Shown: positions 12,233 to 25,007, numbered from the stretch's first letter. The stretch is 64,000 nucleotides of DNA from Octopus sinensis (GCF_006345805.1 NC_043005.1:29512001-29576000); one strand, 5' to 3'. A program made the numbers and translations. The notes: a model not told the origin generated them from the letters alone.

Positions 12233-13343
12233 TCATCATCATCATCGTCATCACTATCACCATCATCATTGTCATCGTCATCATCGTCATCATCATCGTC
12301 GTGATCATCATCATCGTGATCATCATCCTCCCCCTCCTCCTTCTTCAACACTCGTTTTCTATGCAGGCATGGGTTGGATGGTTTCAGCAGAGATGGCAAG
12401 CTGGAAAGGTGCACCAGGCTCCAGTTTGATTTGGCATGGTTTCCTACAGGCTGCGATGCCCTTCCTAGTGCCAACCACTCTGAGAGTATGTGGTGGGTGC
12501 TTTTAATGTGACACTGCATGAGAGCCTTTACATGGCACTGGCACGCGACTCTTGCAGGCCAATTCTCTTCACCATCAAATACACTCACACTCACATTGTG
12601 CAGGAGTGGCTGTGTGGTAAGAAGCTTGTTTCCCACTCACATGGTACCAGGTTCAGTCTCACTGTGAGGTACCTTGCACAAGTGTCTCGTACTATAAGCC
12701 TAGGCCCAACCAAATCCTTGTGATTGAATTTGGTTATTAGAAACTGAAAGAAGCCCATCGTATATATATGTATACACACACACACCTGTATCATCATCAT
12801 CATCGTCATCACTATCACCATCATCATTGTCATCGTCATCATCGTCATCATCATCGTCGTGATCATCATCATCGTGATCATCATCCTCCCCCTCCTCCTT
12901 CTTCAACACTCGTTTTCTATGCAGGCATGGGTTGGATGGTTTCAGCAGAGATGGCAAGCTGGAAAGGTGCACCAGGCTCCAGTTTGATTTGGCATGGTTT
13001 CCTACAGGCTGCGATGCCCTTCCTAGTGCCAACCACTCTGAGAGTATGTGGTGGGTGCTTTTAATGTGACACTGCATGAGAGCCTTTACATGGCACTGGC
13101 ACGCGACTCTTGCAGGCCAATTCTCTTCACCATCAAATACACTCACACTCACATTGTGCAGGAGTGGCTGTGTGGTAAGAAGCTTGTTTCCCACTCACAT
13201 GGTACCAGGTTCAGTCTCACTGTGAGGTACCTTGCACAAGTGTCTCGTACTATAAGCCTAGGCCCAACCAAATCCTTGTGATTGAATTTGGTTATTAGAA
13301 ACTGAAAGAAGCCCATCGTATATATATGTATACACACACACAC

Positions 13344-13347
<4 letters not shown>
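12233..13347. repeat. Near-identical 558-bp tandem duplication ((CAT)n + RTE-tail element + CORE-SINE head)
   Basis: Identical ORFs offset by 558 (12490 vs 13048). Confidence 0.9.
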
Positions 13348-13396
<49 letters not shown>

Positions 13397-13683
13397 TATA
13401 TACAGGTATAAGTTAGAGGTGTTTAAAGCCTCTAAGGACTAGATATATCCAAAGGTACTTCTGGTAATTGCCTCAGTAGGTATATTCCTTGGTAAAAGGT
13501 ATATGGCAGCAGGTAATTTAGCAGGTAAACCATAGTTTAATTTATATAGACAAGAAGAAAATGGAGGAAAAAAAATAAACAGAACTTCACTCTCATTCTC
13601 ACCTTTATTTACTAATTAAATAATGGCTTACCAGCACAAAAGACACACTTCTGTTTGTTATTTTACCTCCATTTTCTTCTCGC

Positions 13684-13746
<63 letters not shown>

Positions 13747-14336
13747 TATATATATGTATATATATGTATGTATATGTATATATTTATGTGAGTGTGTTTG
13801 TGTGTCTGTGTTTGTGTTTGTGTCCTCCCATGGGTTGGATGGTTTGACAGCCGATGTTGGTGTGTTTACGTACCTGGTACTTAGTGGTTTGGCAAAAGAG
13901 CCTGCTAAAATAAATGCTAGGCTTATGAAGAATAAGTCTTGGGGTTGATTTGTTGAACTAAAGGCAGTGCTCCAGCATAGCCACAGTCAAATGACTGAAA
14001 CAAGTAAAAGAATAAATGAACATATATATATATAACTATATAATAAAGATATATATACACATATTTTATTTTTATTTATTCTGATTATTTAGATTGTGGC
14101 CATGCTGGGGCAGCATCTTGAAGAAATCTGATTGAACAAATCATGTCCAGTACTGATTGTTTAAAGTCTGCTACTTATATTGTATTGGTTTCTTTTGCTG
14201 AGCTGCTAAGTCATGGAGACCTATATACACCAACACTGGTTGTCAAGGAGTGGTGGGGGGATGAACACATACACACACACACACACTCAGTGCATTTCTT
14301 GACCAATCCTATCTATAAACAGCACACTAACCACGT

Positions 14337-14375
<39 letters not shown>

Positions 14376-14904
14376 CTCTTTCTCTGTTTCTCTCTCTTGT
14401 CTTCCTCATGTCAACTGCATCATCATCATCCTGTTGTTGCTCTCTCCTCTTCTTCCCCAACTCATTCAGCATTGGCCATCCTCCCACCCTCTCATTCCCC
14501 ACTTCCTACATCTACCCTTCACTCTGACTCAGTCCGCACCCCCACTTACCTCTATCCTTTGCCCTACCCCAAACATTCTTGCAACCCCCCACTACCCACT
14601 CACACACCTAATTTCTGCCCCCCCCTCCACCTTACTCCTACTCACCTTGTACCCTGAAGTACCTCACCACCTCTGTTTGTCTCTTTGATCGATTCTCCCT
14701 CTTCCCTAGATGTGGGTTGTCATGCAGCTCCTACAGCAAGAACATGCTCCACCCCCCCACCCTACCCCCCATCTCGCATAACTTAACACTCATTTGCTGA
14801 CATCTCTTGGCTTGCATACTCTTGCCAGATGCATGGCAATGCCAATGGGGCCGGTGGCATGAGTAAAGCATGTGGGACACCCAGGAAAGATGTTGGTATT
14901 AGGG

Positions 14905-14974
<70 letters not shown>

Positions 14975-15135
14975 TGTATAAGGAGATAGATAGATAGATA
15001 TAGGAAGATAGATAGATATAGATAAATAGATAGATAGATAGAGGGATAGGTAGATAGATGGATGATAGACAGACAGATAGCTAGCTAGATAGATAGACAG
15101 AGAGAAAATGAGAGATGGAGAGATAGATAGATTGG

Positions 15136-15185
<50 letters not shown>

Positions 15186-15330
15186 CATAGATAGATAGAT
15201 ACATAGATAGATAGATACATACATACATAGACAGATAGATAGAGAGACAGATAGATAGTTAGATAGATAGACAGAGAGAGAGAGAGATGGAGAGGCAGAG
15301 ATAGATAGATTGATAGATAGATAGATAGAT
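14905..15330. repeat. (GATA)n microsatellite
   Basis: Seen directly. Confidence 0.95.
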
Positions 15331-16599
15331 AGAGATGAAAATATCATCCTCATCATCACCACCACCATGCTTGTAACATCTGCTTTCCATGCTGGCATGG
15401 GTTGGACAGTTTGACAGAGCTTGGCAAGTCGGAAGACTCTGCCAAGTTTTAATGTCTGCTTCGACATGGTTTCTACAACTGGATGCCCTTCCTAATGTCA
15501 ACCACTTCACAGTATGGACTGGGTGGGTTTTATGTGGCATCTGCAAAAGCAGTGAGGTCATTAAACAGTTTACAAGGCAAGACCCACTTAACTGAAGGTA
15601 GGAGCAGTCTGGACGAAGATGGCTTTGTGCCAGATGAAAGGCGTATAAGTAGAGGAATAGAAGTGGACATCTTGCAGTAGAGAAGATACATGGCTGCTGA
15701 AGTAGCTGTATATCTTTCTGAAGTAGGAGAAAGAGAGTTACAGAGAGAAAGAGAGAGAGAGAGAGAGAGGGGAGAAGAGGAAAGGAAGATGTGGAAAATG
15801 TGATGGTGGTGTTGGGGGTACACTCATGATACAAGAAATGTATGTATGTATAAAATAGATTAGATTGAGTAAAATTAATAATGTTTAATTTCGTATGAGT
15901 TGGTCAAATGATTTCATTTCATCAGTTCTTTTAGAGCAAAGCTCATAGCTCCTTGCAGCAAATCATTTTCATTTAAATCTAATGAAAGACATAATATTAT
16001 TCTCAACATCTAATCTTATCTTTATATTCTCCTACGTGAAATTTGAGGGCAGTTTCAAACCTATGACTGAATTTTCAGTGTTTGTTCATTTTTATTTTTC
16101 CATCTGGTTTGGAAGGCATGTTATTGAGGCATTGTTTAACAACCAGATGGGTTTCATGCATGGGGTCACTTATTTAACACAGATTCAAAGGTGCAGAGAC
16201 ATATGCAAACAAACAGAGTCACATACATGTATATACTCTCTCTCTCTGTTTCACACACACATGCACACACGAGGGATTTTTTTCAGTTTCTGTTTACCAA
16301 CTCTACTCACAAAATCTTTGCTGAGCTTGGGGCTAAAGTTGAAAATACTTGCCTAAGCTGCGCAATGGAACTAAACTTGGAACCATGTACTTGCAAATTG
16401 TACATTTCATATATATATATATATATATATACATACATACATACATGCAAACATATATGTATACATACATGCATACATATATGCATGCATACATATATGT
16501 ATATATATATGCATGCATACATATATATGTACATGTATATATGTATATACATATATTTATAATAAATAGAACAGATGATTTTAGCACGGCGAGAGAACA

Positions 16600-16870
16600 T
16601 CATCATCATTATCGTTTGACTGGACGGTTTGACTGAGGTCTGGCGAACCAGATGGCTACACCAGACTCCAATCTGATCTGGCATAGTTTCTACAGCTGGA
16701 TGCCCTTCCTAACACCAACCACTCTGAGAGTGTAGTGGGTGCTTTTACGTGCCACCAGCACGAGGGCCAGTCAGGCAGTACTGGCAACGGCCATGTTCAA
16801 ATGGTGCTTTTTATGTGCCACCTGCACAGGAGCCAGTCCAGTGGAACTGGCAATGACCTCACTTGAATGT
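16600..16870 (-). mobile_element. RTE-tail element copy
   Basis: Reverse complement of the family at 8495-9010. Confidence 0.8.
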
Positions 16871-16941
16871 TTATATATATATATATATATTGGTAAAATG
16901 GTAAGATAACAAAGATTTTTTCATAGCGTTTTCAAATAGCC

Positions 16942-17004
16942 AGATAACCGAAGAGATGGTGTTGTGGATTTCCACTTCGGCATCTGAAACTCAGAGTTTT
17001 ATCT
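16942..17004 (+). ncRNA. Hammerhead-like motif, family E
   Basis: AGAUAA/UUAUCU stem I; CCGAAGA; GAUG/CAUC with inner GUGGA/UCCAC; GAAA; ACUC-A-GAGU; GUU triplet; element flanked by (TA)n. Confidence 0.7.
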
Positions 17005-17033
17005 TGACTATCGAGTAATGTAACACATTATTG

Positions 17034-17096
<63 letters not shown>

Positions 17097-17439
17097 ATAT
17101 GATATAATTATATTTACATATTATACAGCATATTATATATATAATACATGCATATATATATTTGTTATATTTATATATATATATATATATGTATTATACA
17201 TATTTTGTATATAAAAATATATATATATAGACACACACACACATACATGCATATACAAATAATATATTATGTGTAAATGAATGAGAAGAATGTTTCCAAA
17301 ATCCTTTGAGCAATGCAGGTTAGCAGCTAAGCAAAATATGTGCAGGTGATGTCAATGAATGGGAAAAGAAGAAAAGAAAAGAGAAAGAGAAGAAGTATTG
17401 TCTTACACTACGCAGGTTGTTAAATGATCTCAAAATACC

Positions 17440-17600
17440 AGCATCGTGATGCAATCACAACAAAACCTGATATTGTTCTGTGCAACAAGAAACAAAGATG
17501 ATGCAATCTTGTGGAGGTCAGTCACTTACTGCTGGGGAGTGCCTCATTGAGACTTGCTGAAAAAGGGAACATCGTTAGTGAACCCATTCAGAAAAGTTAG
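17440..17600 (+). pseudogene. Degenerate restriction-like endonuclease fragment (R4/NeSL-like LINE)
   Basis: HNKPDIVLCNKKQR*CNLVEVS resembles the RPD..D/E nuclease motif. Confidence 0.45.
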
Positions 17601-17879
17601 AACTCTTGTAACCTGCTTATCATCATCATCATCATCATCATTAATGTCAGCGTTGGCATCATCATTGTTTTAATGTCTACTTTTGCATGCTTGCATCAGT
17701 GGGATGGAATTTATTTGAGGCTGATTTCCTAAGGCCATTCCTGTTGCCCACCATCTCCCCAGGGTAAAATATTTCCTCATGACCAGGCATATTTTTTGAT
17801 CAAAGATTGCCGGGTTGGATACAAGTGATACGGATTTTATGATGGAGATATGTATTTACAACAACCACACAAAGTCAAA

Positions 17880-17891
17880 ACACAGACACAT

Positions 17892-17934
<43 letters not shown>

Positions 17935-18300
17935 GAAGACACACACACATGCACACACAAAAAAGACACACACACACACAAAAAAGACACACACACACAC
18001 ACAGAAGATACACATATACACACACACAGAAGATACACATATACACACACACACACAGAAGACACACACACACACACATGCACACACACACACACACACA
18101 AAGAAGATACACACACACACACAGAAGGCACACATACACACACACACACACACAGAGAAGACACACACACACACAGAAGACTCACACACACACAGAAGAC
18201 ACACACACACACAAAAGACACACATACATGGGTACATACTCACACATATATACACACACAGAAGACACATAGATACACACATCCACACACAAACATATAT
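17880..18300. repeat. CA-rich minisatellite with (CA)n-GAAGA units
   Basis: Repeated CACACACAGAAGA/AAAGA. Confidence 0.9.
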
Positions 18301-18773
18301 ACATGCATTTATATACATATATACACTGGACTTCTTTCAGTTTCCATCTACCAAATTCATTCCCAAGGCTTTTGACTGGCCCTTTGCTATAGTGGAAAAA
18401 CCTTTACTCTAGGTGGCACACAGTGGGGTTGAACCTCACACCTCATGGTTGGGAAATGAAGTTCTTAACCACATTTCCATGCCTTCTATATATTTTCCTT
18501 TATGTATATTGTAACAGTTACACCAGGATGTGTAACATGGATTTTAATTCAAAAGGACATAGCAAGCCTTATCTTAACAAGACGTATGCAAACTAGTTAA
18601 CAGGTTGTTGACACAGTGCTGTAAAACTGATTTCTCTCATGATTGGGTGTGTTGTATTGAGTTAAAGAAACAACAAACTCAAATATGGTGTGAGTGTCCT
18701 TTTCTGTTGTTTGCAACTCACAAATTCCCTTCTCTTTTTAATATAAACAATTTGCTGCAAATTTATTTCAGCC

Positions 18774-18774
<1 letters not shown>

Positions 18775-18862
<88 letters not shown>

Positions 18863-19040
18863 TATAATAATATAATAACAATAACAACAACAACGAAAAA
18901 TACCTTAGCAATGAGAACGCAGGTTTGAAATTTCCCCAAGACACCTGATGAAGGCTGGAGGGTATATCAGCTGAAACGTTGTGTTAACAACAAATAAGAT
19001 GTGGACAAATATCTGTCAAATGTAAATAATGTACATAATT
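18775..19040 (+). mobile_element. Hammerhead-SINE family A, headless copy
   Basis: (AAT)n linker then body AAATACCTTAG...TTTCCCCAAGACACCTGATGAAGGCTG...AAATAATGTACATAATT. Confidence 0.85.
18940..18985 (+). ncRNA. Minimal type-I hammerhead, family A (most intact copy)
   Basis: GACAC/GUGUU stem I; CUGAUGA plus extra A; GGCUG/CAGCU stem II; GAAA; palindrome ACGU; GUU triplet. Confidence 0.75.
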
Positions 19041-20092
19041 ATGCTGTTGGCATTTTTTTATTGCACAAAGGCCTGGAAATTTTGGGATTTTGCAAGAAAG
19101 AACAATGCAAACTGACTTGTTTCCTCTAAGTCTGGTCTGTTTGTAGTTCAGTGAAGATTTTTTGAAATAATCTAAAAACCCTTTGATTTGGTTAAATTTT
19201 TTCTTTTAGCTTAGGCCAGTCATGGACCCTAGAACTTGCAAGGTTAAAAGTCAGTTTGGTTTCCATTGTGTATAAGTGACTGAGATTATAACAGACTGAG
19301 ATAACAATAAGTGACCCTTTTAGGGATTCCTGTCTGTCACAAGGTCGACTTCCTAGCTATTGCTGGAATTCACTTGCAATGGGATGAAGCATTGTGAAAT
19401 GAAGTGTTATGCTCAAGAACACAATGGCCTGGGATTTGAAATCTTGATCTTAGGATCACGAGAGCAATATCCTAGCCACTGGGCCACATTCCTAGTTTCC
19501 AGGAGTGAAACACAAGTCACATGTGGTATACATGCAATCACATGTGTTCATATGGCATATAAACACATACATGTACATGCTCATCTACTAAAAAAAGACA
19601 TAGCCTCCTTAGCTGAGGGCAAGTTTGGCTGCTCTCTCTAGATATGCCAACATATAACTCATCCACAAATGTTCAAATCCTTGAAACTGTCTCAACTCAA
19701 ATCTAAAAGACTTTTCCATTTAATTTTGTCACCAGCTTCAATTCTGCGATGAAGAAATTATGTAAACCTCAAAGAAAAACAATGATGCCTATATTGATTT
19801 TCTTCTTAGAAGGAAGGCGATGATTTCTTGCAAAGAAGCCAAAGCTCATCATTCGAGTTTCAATTACAATACCAGTAATTGTTACCTACCAAATTTCAGA
19901 AAAGCTTGCATATTTTTATTGTTCCATTCATAGATTGAATATCTATAACATTAATGTTAGCTGGTCTCTTTCTTTGCTTGAAGATTCTAGCTTCTCTGGA
20001 TTGTCACTAAACATTTATTAACATTACTGAATGTATTAAAAATTACTGGAATAAATGTAAATTTATAACCAGGATAGAGAATACAATTATAT

Positions 20093-20207
20093 ATTGAAGA
20101 CATGAGGAATTATGTACATTATTTACATTTGATGGATATTTGTCCTTAGCTTGTGTTAACAACAAACAAGATAAGGACAAATATCTGTCAAATGTAAATA
20201 ATGTACA
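20093..20207. mobile_element. Inverted pair of family-A 3' tails
   Basis: 42-bp arms TGTACATTATTTACATTTG..CTTGT and ACAAG..TGTACA between 20113 and 20207. Confidence 0.8.
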
Positions 20208-20490
20208 GGGTAGAGAAGTTGCAGATTTTGAGACAGTTGTCCATAGCTGTTCTCCTCACAGATTTTGGAATGTGATTTTGGTAACAAAAGTATTTATATA
20301 GGAATTCTGAAGCTGTATTTATTCTACAAGAATTGAAATCCCACCATATTTTGATCCAAACAGGTTGGTATATATATATATCCTCTAATTCCAATAGTAA
20401 TAAGTTTTAAAGTTGAAGGTGAATTTTAGGGGTTGGATTTTCAAACTCATCCTCACTTCAGTTCTATATTTATAAAAAAAAAAAATTCCA

Positions 20491-20563
20491 CAGGCACATA
20501 GTGTAGTAGTTAAGAGTGCAGGCTACTAACCCCAAGATTCCAAGTTCGATTCCAGGCAGTGAT

Positions 20564-20625
<62 letters not shown>

Positions 20626-20770
20626 TATAAAAAAATACCTTAGGAATGAGAACCCAGGTTCGAAATTTCCCCAAGACACCTGATGAAGGCTGGAGGGTAT
20701 ATCAGCTGAAATGTTGTGTTAACAACAAACAAGATGAGGGCAAATATCCATCAAATGTAAATAATGTTCA
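20491..20770 (+). mobile_element. tRNA-headed hammerhead-SINE (family A), full length
   Basis: tRNA-like head with B box GTTCGATTCC (20544-20553), (AAT)n linker, body with hammerhead at 20675-20720. Confidence 0.85.
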
Positions 20771-21409
20771 TCATCACTGGGGCTAAACACTGTCCCAACT
20801 CAACTGTCTGCAGTCGTATGGTTTCTACAGGTTGATGCCCTTCCTAATGCCACCCACTTAATAGTCTACTTGGTGATTTTGGTCTCACATAATTGACATT
20901 CATCGTCAGTTGATGTTGTTTGTCTCTTCATATTTCATGCAAAAAAATAACTGGTGGTGATTTCATGGCCTTGACTAGCTTGGGGCTACTTCTCAAGGTG
21001 AGACATGATAAACTTGTTGAAACATACAATAAACTGTAACATTTCAGTAAATATTTCAGATATTTTTGGGACATGTTTATGTAAGAAATTTATTCAATAT
21101 TTCGATATAATCCCTCTAGGTGGATTTGGAATAGGATTAATAGATTTAGTTTATTTTAATCCATCTGAATACTTAACCAACTGATCTAGCACAACATGAC
21201 ACAGAAATCTATTTGCAGCTCATGAAATATAATTTCTAACTTTTTGTTTTTTGATGTTTAATGTAACTTGTAACTAATTTTATGCATGTATATACTCATA
21301 AATATATGTGTATGTAATATATATAATATATATAGGGGTATGTTGGTGCAAACAAGAAAAGCAGAACTCAAAATATGAGTATAAATATATTTTTATTAAT
21401 ATCTAGCGA

Positions 21410-21481
21410 AAGCAACAGAGTCACTCAAGGTTTTAAGTGCCAACACTCAAAACTCTCAGACCTTGAGTTGCTCTGTTGCTT
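21410..21481. other. 72-nt hairpin with 22-bp arms and structured loop
   Basis: AAGCAACAGAGTCACTCAAGGT and ACCTTGAGTTGCTCTGTTGCTT (20/22 complementary). Confidence 0.75.
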
Positions 21482-22275
21482 CTGTACATATATATATATA
21501 TATATATTTATATGTATGTATACATATATATATATATGTATGTATACATATATATATATATGTATGTATACATATATATATATATATGTATGTATACATA
21601 CATGTATATATATATGTATATATATATACACACACAGAGACACTTGTGAGTTTGTGTTTGTGTGTTAGTATTATTTTCTCTTGTCTTCACAGGTGTTTCC
21701 TGTTTATAAACAAAAACATCTCTGTCTATCACAAAAGCATGTCCTAACTTTTCGATATATATGCTGCAATGTTGTGTGATCTTAGTAAACAAAAGGCTCA
21801 TTCAGACAGTGCCGTTTTTTTATCCGGTTTTCCCTGTAACTAAACCAGCACTGTTTGATGCATGGGGGAGGGGTTATTACCTCCCTTAGTAAAATAAAAA
21901 GGGGAAGGTTCTCGCACCAGGAAATGTATCTGGTTGGAGAAAACTCTTTTCCAGCATTTTCTTATCTGACCTATGGAACGGTAGTTGGTGATGATGATGA
22001 CGATAAAGATGATATATATATCACTTTGAATTTAACTAAGTTTGGAACATCTTGAAAACGTGTTAACATGTATTTTTAGAAATGTTAATTTCAATGATAT
22101 TTTCCATGTCTAAATATGTTAGTACAATAGAAACAATTGTTAGCTTTGTAAGGTGAATTCTACAATTAAAGACAGGATTTTCTTGTATCCATATTTTTGT
22201 TGTCAAATACTTTGGATTTCTCCAAATTCTTCAAAATGGTATTTGGATCTGTTTTCATATATTTTTGTCTTGTCT

Positions 22276-22338
22276 TAATAACTGACGAGATGCCAGAGCA
22301 GATTTCTGCCCTGACATCCAAAACTCGGAGTTTTATTA
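22276..22338 (+). ncRNA. Hammerhead-like motif, family E (G12A)
   Basis: UAAUAA/UUAUUA stem I; CUGACGA; GAUG/CAUC with inner GCAGA/UCUGC; AAAA; ACUC-G-GAGU; GUU. Confidence 0.7.
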
Positions 22339-22435
22339 TGGCAACCGAATAATTGTCCTATATATATATATGTGTGTGTGTGTGTATATATATATAGATT
22401 TATATATATATATATATATATAATATATATATATA

Positions 22436-23357
22436 TAAATCCTTAAATCCTTAAAAATGTTTTAGCCCGAAGGCCGCAGCCATGCTGGGGCACCACCGCT
22501 GAATGAGCTACACTAGTTTGTGAATCCACCTCTGATACGTGGCACTTGATCAACAAGGGAGTTCGATGCTGCTGCCCGCATCCGTGTCTCCTGTCGTGAG
22601 GTAGGTTCATCTGGGACTCCCAACAAGAAGAGATCCAGTTTAGTTTTAAAGAAACCCACATCCACACCATCTAAGTCTCTCAGGCATTTAGGGAGGATGT
22701 TAAAGAGCTGTGGTCCTCTGAAACCCAAGCTGTTGCAGTATCTGGACCTGTATTTTGATGGTGATGTTGGAATCCTTGGCACCACGCAGCGGCGCCCCGT
22801 TCTGCGGTTGGAGTAACTTTGAATGCCAAAGTTTGGGACAAGACCCTCCAGGATTTTCCAGATGTATATCACTGCATATCTCTCCCGCCTCTGCTCCAGG
22901 GAGAAGAGGTTTAATACCTTCAGTCTTTCCCAGTAGCTGACATTTTGCATTGAGACGATTTTCTTTGTGTAGCTTCTCTGAGTTGCTTCGAGTTCTGCTG
23001 TTTGTTTTATATTGTGTGGTGACCAAAGTTGGGAGCAGTAGTCCAAGCGGCTGAGGACGAATGTTTTCCATAGGACCATCAGTGTCTCCTTCTCTCTTGT
23101 TCTGAATGTTCGGAGAATCCATCCAGCTAGCCGTCTGCATTTTATCACCAGATTAGCAATATGCATTTGGAAAGATGCATCATTGCTCATGTCAATGCCC
23201 AGGTCACGCACTGATTTTGACTCAGGGATTGCAATTCTTCCTGGGCCAGTGTATCCAGTCTTCACGTCATTTACCTTTGTGTGCCAGTAGCGCAGGGCCT
23301 GGAACTTACCTGCATTAAACTGCATGTTGTTGTCCTCAGCCCACCTGTATATTGTGT

Positions 23358-23361
<4 letters not shown>
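22436..23361 (-). mobile_element. 5'-truncated CR1-like LINE with intact ORF2 C-terminal frame (22513-23361, 282 aa)
   Basis: RT thumb and C-terminal motifs VRDLGI, FVLSRLDYCSQLWSPH, YWERLKVLNLFSLEQRR, FKTKLD; short tandem tail (TTTAAGGA)n; (TA)n on both flanks. Confidence 0.92.
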
Positions 23362-23425
<64 letters not shown>

Positions 23426-23435
23426 TATATATATG

Positions 23436-23469
<34 letters not shown>

Positions 23470-23500
23470 ATATATATATAATATATATATATATTATATA

Positions 23501-23535
<35 letters not shown>

Positions 23536-23861
23536 TATATATATATATATATATATGTATGTATAAATACATACACACACACGGGGACACACACTCACAC
23601 ATAGATGCATACAAACATAAATATTTGTATAAATATATGTATATACATTTATTTAGTCATTTATTTCAAAATGTAAATTAGTGTTTGACTATCAAATGTG
23701 AGTTTTAGAGAAATGTGAAAGAAATTCATTTCCATATTTTCTGAAGAGCTCTTTGAATGGCTGAAACAATTTGCATTTTGTAAGAAAAAAATTCAATAAA
23801 TTTTGTATATCCTGTACAGAGTTGGATTGTTGATTTGACTTTGTCAAAGAATTTTGTTTCC

Positions 23862-23904
<43 letters not shown>

Positions 23905-24634
23905 TAAATATATGTATATACATATATAACTTATAATACTTAACCATTTAACAGCCATAATCCTAATTGTGATTTTGAAATAAATAGGTATATTTTAGAG
24001 AGTATTTTCAAAGAATCAGAATAATTTTAGTATTTTATACAATATAGGGATGGAAAATATAGAAATAATTTCATATTTATATAAATATAAATCAAATTAA
24101 TATAAATTTATAGTTAATTAGTAAATAGTATTTTATTGGTATTAATGAGTTAAATTAAAGGAATATGTTTAACATTTCATATATTTTCTACATGCTAATG
24201 ACATTAGAATGTATTTCTTGTGTTATAAAATAGATAGTGAATTATATCAGTATGGTTCTGTATAGGTTAAGTCCGAACTCAATAGAAATGTATTATCAGT
24301 AAGATGATATAGTGGGTAAATGAGTAAGATAAAATGGTTTAAAATTAAAGTGAAGGAATTTAAATATTCCTTTCTCTATCTATAAAAGATAGATTCTTGT
24401 TTTTTTTCCACTAGACCTGATAGAATAGTCTTAAACTCCCTCCCCCAGTAGTAAATCTAAATAGCAAAGTAAAATCAATGATAAGCAGTGTCTCCATGAA
24501 AAAATATTAATTACTGCTATGTTTTTGTTGATGAAACTTGTTTCTTTGTCTACCTACTTACCCTCTTTGTGATGTTGGTTAATGGAATAACTATAAAAAT
24601 GAATCTTTTAAATTTAACTAAATTCTATATTTGT

Positions 24635-24732
24635 ATGCAACTGAAGATTGCTCTACATTTTAAAACTGATGTAATAGTTGCATTCTTGCATTGTTTAATT
24701 AAATGGAGTTGCATGAAACAATCGTACTGCAT
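24635..24732 (+). ncRNA. Hammerhead-like motif, family F
   Basis: AUGCA(A)/(C)UGCAU stem I; CUGAAGA; long stem II; GAAA; ACAAUCGU; GUA; element 24618-24790 ends in (TA)n. Confidence 0.65.
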
Positions 24733-24761
24733 TACCTCTGGATATCCTTGTTGCTTATTTG

Positions 24762-24807
<46 letters not shown>

Positions 24808-24820
24808 TAAACACACACAC

Positions 24821-24865
<45 letters not shown>

Positions 24866-24869
24866 CTAT

Positions 24870-24953
24870 AATAAATAGACAGAGATAAACACACACATGT
24901 ATATATAATATATATATTATATATACATGTGTGTGTTTATCTCTGTCTATTTA
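24870..24953. repeat. Perfect 84-bp palindrome
   Basis: 42-bp arms with no spacer, centre at 24911/24912. Confidence 0.9.
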
Positions 24954-24959
24954 TTTATT

Positions 24960-25007
<48 letters not shown>

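Noticed and set aside
20491-20565. Functional tRNA gene (also 60878-60950)
   Set aside because: The acceptor stem and arms do not close, and it is joined to a repeat body; it is a SINE head.
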